NCBI GenBank assembly: GCA_041690135.1
Contig: JAWLHY010000009.1
Coordinates: 160,001-224,000 of the forward strand
DNA: 64,000 nucleotides
Direction: 5' to 3'
DNA from: Armatimonadota bacterium
GTDB lineage: Bacteria; Armatimonadota; SYMT01
Shown in pieces: positions 1 to 8,160 of the stretch. Positions within the stretch are counted from its first letter, which is position 1. Every line of letters starts with the position of its first letter. The notes under the pieces were generated by a model. It was given only the letters and a program-made list of their open reading frames with translations, had not been told where the DNA came from and did no database searches. The position numbers were made by a program, and so were the translations under genes.

Positions 1-77
1 GATCCCGGCAACGACAGGTGACCTACCAACGGCGGATGGATCAGGACCGGGATAAGGATAAGGATTTGGAGGTCCGG

Positions 78-920
78 GTGGGAAAGCCTGCGTTGATTCG
101 AACTTGGCAGCTCGGCACGGTGACGATCGGGCTGCGGCTGGATCGGGCTACGGTGCGCTGGGGCGAACCCCTGGAGGGGGTGTGTCAGGTCGAGACCGTC
201 GATAATGGCGTGTGGCTGGCGTGGGTCGAGTGCCGCATGACGCTCCTGCGTGGCTACGAGCACGCGGAGAACTCTCCGGTGCCCCACGGGGAACCGATCC
301 GGTGGGCGGACGTGCGGGTCGGGGTGCGCGAGCGGGTGGAGTTGCCGTTCCGGCTGCCGATCGCGCCGGGGAGCGGCGTGGGAGTGGTCGGGCAGTTGGA
401 AGCGAGGGCCTGCGGGAAAGGGACGGGCAAAGAGGCGGCGGTGACCGTCCTCTTCGAGATCCTGCCACCGGCGATGTGCACGGAGCTGGCCCGCGTGCTG
501 GGAGAACTCTCGGGGCTCACCGAGTTGGAATGGCTCCTACCCCTGGGCTCCGAGCCCGGTGTGGTGCTCGCGCGCCTGACCACCCCTGACGGAACGCAGC
601 CTTCTCCCCTGGAGTGGATGGAGTTGCGGGCGCATCACGATGGGAGTCTCCTGCACGGACACCTCCGGGTCCGGGTGCGGTCTCGCCCACGCGGCGGTCT
701 CCTGGCATGGCTGGGCCAGAGCAAGCTGCGGACCCTCTCCTTCTCTTACCCCGCGCACAATCCAGAGGCAGGTTTCCGGATGGTGGAGGAGCAGTTGCGC
801 CCCTTTCTCACGGGATCCGTGGACCTGCCGATCCCGTCGGGGAGCGCGTCGCTACCGGCAGAGTCGGGACTGCCGATTCCGGCGGAGGGTGCGGAGCGGG
901 ACGGGGCGGTGGATCGATAA
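78..920 (+). CDS. Spo0M/arrestin-like hypothetical protein
   Basis: ORF 18-920; likely GTG start at 78 after GGAGG (68-72); beta-rich 'RLDRATVRWGEPLEG...VELPFRLPI' pattern resembles Spo0M; C-terminal double LPIP motif. Confidence 0.5.
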   Translation: MGKPALIRTWQLGTVTIGLRLDRATVRWGEPLEGVCQVETVDNGVWLAWVECRMTLLRGYEHAENSPVPHGEPIRWADVRVGVRERVELPFRLPIAPGSGVGVVGQLEARACGKGTGKEAAVTVLFEILPPAMCTELARVLGELSGLTELEWLLPLGSEPGVVLARLTTPDGTQPSPLEWMELRAHHDGSLLHGHLRVRVRSRPRGGLLAWLGQSKLRTLSFSYPAHNPEAGFRMVEEQLRPFLTGSVDLPIPSGSASLPAESGLPIPAEGAERDGAVDR

Positions 921-1105
921 GGATCTGGACCGATAAGGATAAGGAGTACCGTAGGCACCTTTCCGGAGTGATATCGAGGCAAGGGCTTTGCGATGGGCAG
1001 ATTCTCTGGCCCCCCCGGAAAAGTCCAATAGAATGAAGTGAGCGGCTACTCGACAGGTGAGGGTGAGACCGCGCGGAGATGCGTTGGATGGGGGGCGGAT
1101 TCACG

Positions 1106-1420
1106 ATGAAGAACACACTCATTGTCCAGTTTCCGGCTGGCAAGGTCCCATCCTACGACCGTGTCATCGAAATCGAGGATACGCTCATCCAGGCATTCGC
1201 GCAGAATCGTGCGGCCATCGTTGACGGTCACGACTTCGGGTGTGCCGCAAACATCTTCATCTTTCCGAAGGGCCCATGGGACAGGTGCATTGAGATCGCT
1301 ATGGCCTACCTGAAGTTGAAGAAGGCGCTGGACGAGGTTCTGGTGATCAAGCGCCTCAAGAATGAAACTTACGAGGTCGTCTGGCCCAAGGGGTTCACCG
1401 GCGAGTTCGAGCGCGTCTGA
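1106..1420 (+). CDS. hypothetical protein
   Basis: Compact ORF MKNTLIVQF..., globular composition, lower GC than flanks. Confidence 0.65.
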   Translation: MKNTLIVQFPAGKVPSYDRVIEIEDTLIQAFAQNRAAIVDGHDFGCAANIFIFPKGPWDRCIEIAMAYLKLKKALDEVLVIKRLKNETYEVVWPKGFTGEFERV

Positions 1421-1539
1421 AGGCGAGGTGTAGACAACGTCCGCTGGCGCTCTCCCGATAGCAGCGCTTCCGGCTCCATTCCCCCAAACCGTTCCTTCCG
1501 TGCCACCGCTCTTGCCGCCGCAGGTCGATGGGAGACGTG

Positions 1540-2256
1540 ATGAGCCTATACCGGTCGCGCTGGGTGGTCCCGGGTCTCGTAGGGCTGCTGCTATCAGCCG
1601 GGGCGAAGCTGGGGGCCACGGCTCCAACCTCCCTGTATCCTCCCGCCATCCTGCTGGACATGGAGCGGGGCGATGTGGATACTCTCGGCCGGGCGGAGGG
1701 GATCACGGTGCTTCGCATCGATCCCGACGACGACGGCGCGGGGCATGCCGGCTGGCCCAAGTACCTGGTGGGGCGGGCCGCGAACGGCAAGTTCGTCTGG
1801 CGGTTCCCACGCCGGCTGATCTTTCCGGGCACGGGCGAGCACTCGGAGGCGGAGATCCGCGCTCACTATGAGAGCCTCGATCAGGCCTGCCTGGTACCCG
1901 AACGTGCCGCCGTGGTGGCCATCGGGCGGCGACAGTACGGCCTGCGAGCGCGGGACGGCTCCGTGCTCTGGCGGAAAGCCGGTCCGCGCGTTCCCGTCTT
2001 ATCCCTTCAGCCCCACCGATCCGGCTGTTTCGCCCTGGTGATACCGGACCACCACCTGGGAGACAACAACCCGGACGGTCCCGAATTGCATTCATCTCTT
2101 GCCTTTATCCAGGCCCGCACGGGTGAATGGCGGTGGCTTCGTCGCGTTCCCGCAGCGAGCCGGCTGGTTTTTAGGGATGGCATGCTCTTCCTCTACAAAG
2201 GGGAAACGCTGGTCGAGCAGTTTCAGCCCGCATCGCTGTTGGACGGAGCGAAGTGA
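1540..2256 (+). CDS. secreted hypothetical protein, PQQ-like beta-propeller motifs
   Basis: N-terminal hydrophobic signal; 'ARDGSVLW', 'ARTGEWRW', 'NGKFVW' PQQ-type repeats. Confidence 0.55.
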   Translation: MSLYRSRWVVPGLVGLLLSAGAKLGATAPTSLYPPAILLDMERGDVDTLGRAEGITVLRIDPDDDGAGHAGWPKYLVGRAANGKFVWRFPRRLIFPGTGEHSEAEIRAHYESLDQACLVPERAAVVAIGRRQYGLRARDGSVLWRKAGPRVPVLSLQPHRSGCFALVIPDHHLGDNNPDGPELHSSLAFIQARTGEWRWLRRVPAASRLVFRDGMLFLYKGETLVEQFQPASLLDGAK

Positions 2257-2280
2257 GAAGACGCCCAGCCGCTTTGCCGG

Positions 2281-2454
2281 GTTGATGAAGATAAGGATAA
2301 GGATAAAGAGATCCGAGTAAAGACGGGTGTCCTGACCAGGGGCGGAGTGGATAAGGACGAGATTGATGAAGATAAGGATAAGGATAAAGAGTCCTGCTCC
2401 AGAACGACTTCCCTGACCAGGGGACCGCACCATTCGGGGAGCGATGGTGCGTAG
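2281..2454 (+). repeat. composite intergenic repeat array (GATAAG hexamers + CCCTGACCAGGG palindrome), 2 units plus CGCACCAT/ATGGTGCG hairpin
   Basis: Palindrome cores near 2331 and 2411; GATAAGGATAAGGATAAAGAG tracts; terminal hairpin module repeated at ~3624-3657. Confidence 0.85.
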
Positions 2455-2571
2455 CCGTCGCAATCAACACACGGCAAATGCTGCAACAAACGGTCCGGCA
2501 ATGGTTCCGGGTTCCGGCGCTTCGACGGGAGTGGGGAAATCAGATAGGATCGAGGTAGGAGGAGTTCCGCG

Positions 2572-2859
2572 ATGACGAGAACGGCACAGGTCCTGGAAGG
2601 CACCTGGGAAGAAATCCAGCGGCAGGGAGAACATCTGGCGGGCAAGAGACTCCGCGTTCACGTGCTTGAAAACGGTCTGGGAGGCGAGACAGGGCCGGGA
2701 GACGAAACCCATCCTTCCCAACCCTTCTATGCCACAGCCACGCCGGCGGAGCGCGCGAGAGCTTTCCGGGAGTGGGCCGAGAGCCACAGCCGGGAAACGC
2801 CCGTGCTCTCGGATGATGCGATCAGCCGGGAGAGCATCTACTTCGGCGAGCGAGACTGA
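2572..2859 (+). CDS. putative antitoxin of the VapC toxin
   Basis: Small acidic ORF with AGGAGG RBS; stop overlaps toxin ATG; C-terminal 'LSDDAISRESIY' typical of PIN partners. Confidence 0.75.
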   Translation: MTRTAQVLEGTWEEIQRQGEHLAGKRLRVHVLENGLGGETGPGDETHPSQPFYATATPAERARAFREWAESHSRETPVLSDDAISRESIYFGERD

Positions 2860-3299
2860 TGGCGTACCTGGGAGACTCCAACCTCTTCCTCCGCAGCGCC
2901 GAGCCCGCCCATCCCATGTATCCGGAGGCGGTGCATGCCATTGAAACGCTCCTGGAACAGGGTGAAGAGATCTTCCTCGTTCCGCAGAACCTCTACGAGT
3001 TCTGGGTCGTGGCCACCCGCCCCCTGGAGAGGAATGGCCTCGGGATGACCGCTGCCCAGGCCGAAGCCGAACTGGACCGTATCGAGAGCCAGTTCCCCGT
3101 CCTTCCCGACACTGCCGCAGTCTATGGCGAATGGCGCCGCCTCGTCACCCGGTACGGCGTTATTGGCGTGCGCGCTCACGACGTACGACTGGTAGCAGCA
3201 ATGTTGGTCCACAAGATCACTCACCTCTTGACCTTCAACGTGGACGATTTCCGGCAGTTCCCGGAGATCACGGCTGTCCACCCCCAAGCAGTGCGTTAG
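2859..3299 (+). CDS. vapC: PIN-domain toxin (VapC family)
   Basis: 'YLGDSNL...QNLYEFW...HDVRLVA...LLTFNVDDF' conserved acidic PIN motifs. Confidence 0.9.
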   Translation: MAYLGDSNLFLRSAEPAHPMYPEAVHAIETLLEQGEEIFLVPQNLYEFWVVATRPLERNGLGMTAAQAEAELDRIESQFPVLPDTAAVYGEWRRLVTRYGVIGVRAHDVRLVAAMLVHKITHLLTFNVDDFRQFPEITAVHPQAVR

Positions 3300-3340
3300 C
3301 CGCACTCTGTCTTGGTCTTGAAGCGGATAAGCAGTCGGCT

Positions 3341-3525
3341 GCCCTGACCAGGGGCGAGTGGATTAGGACGAGGATAAGGATAAAGAGTCCCGTCACAGAA
3401 CGACTTCCCTGACCAGGGGGATGGCCACGTCGCTGATGGGTTTTGCCTCTGGAGGCTGAGCGCTTCGGCGGGAGGCTCATCTGGGCCGGGGATGTTGCTG
3501 CTGGTTTATCGCTCCTCGCCATGAC
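3341..3525 (+). repeat. composite intergenic repeat (CCCTGACCAGGG x2 + GCCACGTCGC...TATCGCTCCTCGCCATGAC module)
   Basis: Same modules as 5165-5535 and 26578-26828. Confidence 0.85.
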
Positions 3526-3777
3526 CTACCGTGTTTATTGCCTCATGTTGATCGTGGGCATTGGCTGACGGCCTGGCAGTACGGGTGCCGGCGGTGCAGG
3601 TCGGTTACGGCTGGCTTGATCGGGGGACCGCACCATTCGGGAAGCGAAGGCGCGTAGGTGACGGAAGCCACTCCGGCTGCTGGAAGGTGAGGGCAACGAG
3701 CACACGATCGTTTTCCGCCGGGGCGAGATGGTGGACATCCTCTGCCCGCAGGCAGAGAAGGGCAGCGCTTCAGGCGC

Positions 3778-3865
3778 GGTCGGACAGTCACTGCACCTGA
3801 CGGAATGGACGGCGACTATCGTTTCGCAGAGGCGGAGTTCGCCGTGGGTAGGTTTGGGGTTAGGC
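3778..3865 (+). mobile_element. degenerate attC-like site
   Basis: ACTGCACCTGAC left arm (~3790) and GTTAGGC core at 3859-3865; internal GACGGCGA/TCGCCGT stem. Confidence 0.45.
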
Positions 3866-3903
3866 CACATTGACGGGTGCTTGGTGGTGAACGGTGATAT
3901 AAG

Positions 3904-4275
3904 ATGCGCCTTCGACGGATCCTCGGAATGGGGGCACTGCTTGTCCTGGTTCTACTGGCTATCGGCCAACTGCATTCGCGGCTGATGGCATCGATTCCAC
4001 CGCCTCCTCCGGCATTCGTTGGTGAATGGCTCGGCACCGGGAGATTCCGTTCGTTGGAGTTTCACAAGAACGGACAGTGGGGTGGTGATACGGCAAATTC
4101 CACCACCATCGGGCCCTGGAAGCACCTGGGGGGAGAGGCCGTCGTGATAGAGTATCCAGCACAAGATGGTTCGCCGCGTGAGGCCACATGGCATTTGCGT
4201 GTGCAGCCGGATCAATCGCGGTTGCGGGTTCGCTTTCCGAATGGGAAGGAAGAAGTCTTCTCTCGGGTCCGATAA
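3904..4275 (+). CDS. membrane-anchored/secreted hypothetical protein (probable gene cassette)
   Basis: N-terminal TM/signal; bracketed by GTTAGGC (3859) and complementary GCCTAAC (4305). Confidence 0.65.
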   Translation: MRLRRILGMGALLVLVLLAIGQLHSRLMASIPPPPPAFVGEWLGTGRFRSLEFHKNGQWGGDTANSTTIGPWKHLGGEAVVIEYPAQDGSPREATWHLRVQPDQSRLRVRFPNGKEEVFSRVR

Positions 4276-4304
4276 GCCAGCGGTGGTGTGCGTTCTGTAA
4301 AGCC

Positions 4305-4356
4305 GCCTAACCTCTGCTGCGCCGGATCCGTAGAGACGGGGTGCCTGGCGTTAGGC
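4305..4356 (+). mobile_element. attC-like site
   Basis: GCCTAAC...GTTAGGC perfectly complementary ends; internal GATCCGT...ACGG similar to site at 21810-21866. Confidence 0.55.
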
Positions 4357-4382
4357 CGCGTCGTGTCCCGGGAGGAGATCCT

Positions 4383-5183
4383 GTGCCCGAGAGGCTGAAG
4401 CATCACCACGAGATTTGCGAGTTACTGGGAGTCCAACCGGTCGCCTCTCCGGAGCGCCTGCAGGTCCTTGCGGCACGGGAACAGGCGTGCGGGGTGCGCT
4501 TTCCGGAAGCCGTGAGGGAGTGGTTCCTGGTCGAGGACGCCGAGTGCTTGTTCCACGAGAACACCAACGAGGATCACCTGACCCGCCTCGCGGAGCTGGG
4601 GAACCCGGCGGAGACGGCGCAGGGTTGCCTGTGCGTGGCTACCGAGAACCAGGCGGCCGTGGCCTGGTACGTGCGCCTGGATGAAGGCGAGGACCCTCCG
4701 GTCTACGATAACCAGGACCACTGGAACGAAGACCTATCGAGCACTCCCTGGCAGCGGGTCTCCAGGACCTTCAGCAACTTCCTCTTTGACATGATCGCCG
4801 GCAACCGTTTTGGCGGCTGGTATTCCGGGACGTATCTCACTGCCCGTGATCTGCTGCCGGACCAGGAGGCCCTGGAGGTCCTGCGGCAATCCTTTCGGGA
4901 AGGGCCGACGACGGACGAGGCGGAGGTCCGGGTGCTGCGCTTCTATGACCCCGGCGGTGTGGTGCTTATCCAAAGCGCGACCGCAGAGGAGATCGCCCAG
5001 GGGCTAGCGGAGTGGACGATCGATGCGGCCTCCCCGGAAGCGCTCTACCGGCTGGCGAGGACCGTCTGGCCGATTGGGACGCTCTCCCGCACGCTGAGGC
5101 CGGACGGGACCAACGGGTACGAAGCGGAGAAGGTGCTCCGCCGGCTGCGGTCGGAGGGACGGGGTGGATGTGGATCCGGATAA
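4383..5183 (+). CDS. SMI1/KNR4 (SUKH)-like immunity protein
   Basis: GGAGGAG RBS + GTG; 'EQACGVRFPEAVREWF' and 'ENQ...WYVRLDEGEDPPVY' SUKH-like motifs. Confidence 0.7.
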   Translation: MPERLKHHHEICELLGVQPVASPERLQVLAAREQACGVRFPEAVREWFLVEDAECLFHENTNEDHLTRLAELGNPAETAQGCLCVATENQAAVAWYVRLDEGEDPPVYDNQDHWNEDLSSTPWQRVSRTFSNFLFDMIAGNRFGGWYSGTYLTARDLLPDQEALEVLRQSFREGPTTDEAEVRVLRFYDPGGVVLIQSATAEEIAQGLAEWTIDAASPEALYRLARTVWPIGTLSRTLRPDGTNGYEAEKVLRRLRSEGRGGCGSG

Positions 5184-5535
5184 GGATAAAGAGTTCCGGG
5201 TAAGGGCGGGTGCCCTGATCTGGGACAGGGGCGATTAGGACGAAGACTACGATTAGGATGAGGATTCCGGCGAGGACAGGTGCCCTGACCAGGGGGCGGA
5301 GAGGATAAGGACGAGGATAAAAAGTCTTGTGTAAGGGCAACTTCCCTGACCAGGGGGGCGGGTGGATAAGGATGAGGATGAGGATGAGGATAAAGAGGCT
5401 CGCTCCCTGACGAGTTCCCTGACCAGGGGGCTGGCCGCGTCGCTTGTGAGATCAGGTTCGGGTGGTTGGGCGCTTCGGCGCGGGGTTCATCAGATTCAGG
5501 GAAGTTGGTGCGGGTCTATCGCTCCTCGCCATGAC
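5165..5535 (+). repeat. composite intergenic repeat array, 4 tandem units of ~60-75 nt plus terminal module
   Basis: CCCTGA(C/T)C(A/T)GGG at ~5213, 5283, 5344, 5417 separated by GA(T/C)(A/G/T)AG hexamer tracts; ends TATCGCTCCTCGCCATGAC. Confidence 0.9.
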
Positions 5536-5580
5536 TGCCGTTTTCATTGCCCGAACGCCTGACTGCCTGAAAGCCTGAAC

Positions 5581-5833
5581 GATGCTGTTGGGAAATTTGA
5601 TCGCGGGCAGTTGCACTGCCCGCGGAAGCCTTCGTCCCGCAGGCCTACGCCCCGTATGGGTGGCACTGCGGAAGCCTGTGGTCTCGCAGCCGTCTCGGAT
5701 TACCGGGATCGCCAATGCCAGGCCCCAGGACGGGGGCGGCGCAGTGCAACTGCGCACGAAGTGTTCCGGCTGCAGTCCAATCCATACGGACGCATGCGCT
5801 GCAGCCGATCTCGGAGGATTTACCAACAACATC
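5581..5833. mobile_element. MITE-like element with imperfect terminal inverted repeats
   Basis: GATGCTGTTGGGAAAT vs reverse complement of right end GATGTTGTTGGTAAAT (14/16); flanked by CTGAAC on both sides; internal TGCAA-loop hairpins. Confidence 0.5.
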
Positions 5834-5967
5834 CTGAACGCCTGAAAGCCTGAATGCCCCACGCCCAACGCCCGAGCCCCTCCCATCTTCATCTTCATCT
5901 TTCAAATCTGCGTCATCTGTGGACTTCCCCTGCCCATCGGCGGACGGGACGTCCGCGCTCCCCAGGT

Positions 5968-6258
5968 CTACCTTGCCCGCTGTTCGAACCACTGGTTGCC
6001 GAGGCGGTCGTGGAAGAGGGTGAGGACTTCGCCGTTGGCGAGCTCCAGCTCGTAGTAGGTGCGGCTGACGGGCTGCTCGGTCCACCAGCGGTCGTCGATG
6101 CGCCAGCAGTCGCGCAGGCCCGCCACGGGCTGCAGGCGTTTGGCCATCCATACGGACCGCGGTTCTCCCCGGGCGCCGACCTTCACCTGGATCGGCCGGG
6201 GGGTGTTCAGGGGTCGTAGCGGATCAGTCCGAAGTTTTCTTCCGGTAACAGGGACCAC
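5968..6258 (-). CDS. small protein equivalent to the ImuB C-terminal domain (DUF6504-like)
   Basis: 'WRIDDRWW...RTYYELELANG..LTLFHD....WF' is the ImuB-C signature; GGAGG RBS + GTG at 6258 overlapping upstream gene. Confidence 0.8.
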   Translation of the reverse strand: MVPVTGRKLRTDPLRPLNTPRPIQVKVGARGEPRSVWMAKRLQPVAGLRDCWRIDDRWWTEQPVSRTYYELELANGEVLTLFHDRLGNQWFEQRAR

Positions 6259-7445
6259 GGGTCTACCTCCACAATCCGAAACAGGGCCGGGCGGCCGCGC
6301 AGCCGCCGGCGCTCGCGCAGGTGTTCGAGTTCTTGCTTCAACTGCTCCTGGCGCTGGACGCGCTCGTCTTCGAACAGTCGTTGCTGCCCGTCCAGCCGGG
6401 GGGCCAGGGCGGTGAGCTCGACGGTGAGTTGGGTCAGCACGCCGGAGGGGAGCACGCCCTCCAGGCGGCGTTTCAGCTCGGCGAAGGCGTTCCGGGGGCA
6501 TTCGGTGGGCCGGCGTAGGGTGAGGCGTCGCTCCCAGACTTCGCCGCTCTCCAGGGCGACCTCCATCCGGACCTGCCGCACTCCCCGGTCGCCGCGCTCC
6601 GGCCGGGCCCAGGCACGGCGCAGTACCTGCTCCAGCGCCAGGTGGAATAACTCGGTGGTGGGGGGATAGCGGAACGCCCACGTTTCCCGGACCACCGGCG
6701 CCGGACGGTAGGGAACCAGCGGCTCCCGGTCTTCGCCGCACGCCAGGCGGTGGAGGCGCTCTCCCGGCCGCCCGAAGCGGGCCAGCATGGCCGACCGGGG
6801 CAGCCGCGCGACCCGGCCGAGGGTGCGGAGGCCCATCAGGTCCAACTGGCGCGCCACCTCCGGGTCGGCCGGCAGCAGGGTGCTGGGGGCCTCGCGCAGG
6901 AAGAGGGTCTTGGCTTCGTCGCTTACAGCCACCGGGCGGGCCGGGGTGGCCTGGTGCGCCGCGACCCAGGCGGTGAACTTTCCGGAGGCGAGGCCCAGGC
7001 GCGGCGAGAAGGGCGGGGGTACCACTGTGCACACCGCCGCCGCCAGCTCTTCCGGACGCTCCGGGTCCAGGTGCGGCAGGCCGGTGAGGTCCAGGTAATA
7101 CTGCTCCGGGGATTCCGTCTCGATGCTCGGGCTAAGGGTGTCCAGGGCCTCCAGCAGCCGCAGGTGCCACTGCTGGTAGTGGAGGACGTCGAACGGGAGC
7201 ACCGCGGCGCCCGGGCACCGCTGCGGGACCGTATCGGCCGGGGATCCGGGCTCCAACCCCGCCGCCCGCGCCTCGGGGGAGCAGTCGCGCACCCGGGTGA
7301 TCTCCCCGCTCTTTCCGGATTCCGCCGCGATCACCACCAGGGGTCGCCCGGCGAGATCCGGCCGCCGCGCGCGCTCGGCACAGATGGCGAAGTGGGGGAG
7401 CCACACGCACGCCACGGACTGGGGAACGGCGAGAGAGCCGGACAC
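6207..7445 (-). CDS. imuB: Y-family DNA polymerase-like protein, ImuB type (probably inactive)
   Basis: 'ACVWLPHF...ERARRP', 'SPEARAAGL', 'GKFTAWVAA', 'LGRVARLP' IMS fold; lacks the canonical acidic DxDxF catalytic start; AGGAGG RBS. Confidence 0.85.
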   Translation of the reverse strand: MSGSLAVPQSVACVWLPHFAICAERARRPDLAGRPLVVIAAESGKSGEITRVRDCSPEARAAGLEPGSPADTVPQRCPGAAVLPFDVLHYQQWHLRLLEALDTLSPSIETESPEQYYLDLTGLPHLDPERPEELAAAVCTVVPPPFSPRLGLASGKFTAWVAAHQATPARPVAVSDEAKTLFLREAPSTLLPADPEVARQLDLMGLRTLGRVARLPRSAMLARFGRPGERLHRLACGEDREPLVPYRPAPVVRETWAFRYPPTTELFHLALEQVLRRAWARPERGDRGVRQVRMEVALESGEVWERRLTLRRPTECPRNAFAELKRRLEGVLPSGVLTQLTVELTALAPRLDGQQRLFEDERVQRQEQLKQELEHLRERRRLRGRPALFRIVEVDPWSLLPEENFGLIRYDP

Positions 7446-7506
7446 GGGAATGGGTTCCTCCTGGGTCGATGTCGCCTGCCTGTAGTTCTTACCGGCAAAG
7501 GGGGCT

Positions 7507-7526
7507 ATGCAAACTCATGTTTGCAT
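7507..7526. promoter_or_regulatory. candidate LexA/SOS-type operator
   Basis: Perfect palindrome ATGCAAAC-TCAT-GTTTGCAT ~60 nt upstream of imuB; resembles GAAC-N4-GTTC boxes. Confidence 0.55.
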
Positions 7527-7801
7527 GAAGTGGCGGGGGTTGACCAGCGTCCGCGTGTCAAAAAGTGGAGGGGACAGATCTCGCGCAAAGACGCAAAGGA
7601 GCAAAGGAGAAGAGAAGGAGAGCGGGTTGGGAGTAGAGGGGGGAGGGTGGAGAGATGCGATCACGATTACGATAAGGACTGCAATTAAATCCCTGGATGA
7701 TTCGTGAACAATACGGGTGTGACTGCCAGGCTGGCTACCGCCAGTTATGTCCGCCGTGTATCGGCCGGCGCGGTTCGCCGCCGTTGATATGCCCGCACCA
7801 C

Positions 7802-8160
7802 CTAGCTTCCGTCCGATGGGGAGGATGCTTCTTCCAGGCGCAGGCGAAACGAGAAGGTGGAGCCCTCCCCGGGGGTGCTCTCCACCGAGATGTCGCTGCC
7901 GAAGAGCTGCATCAGCTTCTGGCTGATCGCCAGGCCCAGGCTGGTTCCGCCGAACTTCGACATGATTTCGGGAGAGGCCAGGGTGAACTCCTCGAAGATC
8001 GTTCCCAACTGGTTGGCGGGAATGCCGATTCCCGTATCCCGGACGGAGACCTCGACCAACACGGCACCGGGATACCGCTCCACGACTGCCGCATCGATCC
8101 GGATACAGCCGCTGTCGGTGAATTTCACCGCGTTGCCGGCAAGATTCGTCACTACCTGTC
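7802..8160 (-). pseudogene. histidine kinase HATPase_c remnant
   Basis: N box 'NLAGNAVKFT', G1 'DTGIGI', degenerate G2 'GGTSLGL'; no HisKA or sensor domain upstream. Confidence 0.8.

Noticed and set aside
1083-1445. Gene 1106-1420 as an integron cassette
   Set aside because: GTTGGAT upstream and AGACAAC downstream are only partly complementary and no attC stem is visible.
5165-5430. CRISPR array
   Set aside because: Sequences between the palindromes are homologous low-complexity hexamer tracts rather than unique spacers, unit length varies, and no cas genes are present.
7580-7660. CGCAAAGACGCAAAG plus purine-rich tract as a regulatory RNA
   Set aside because: Single copy here, resembles common low-complexity intergenic repeats, and has no supporting structure.
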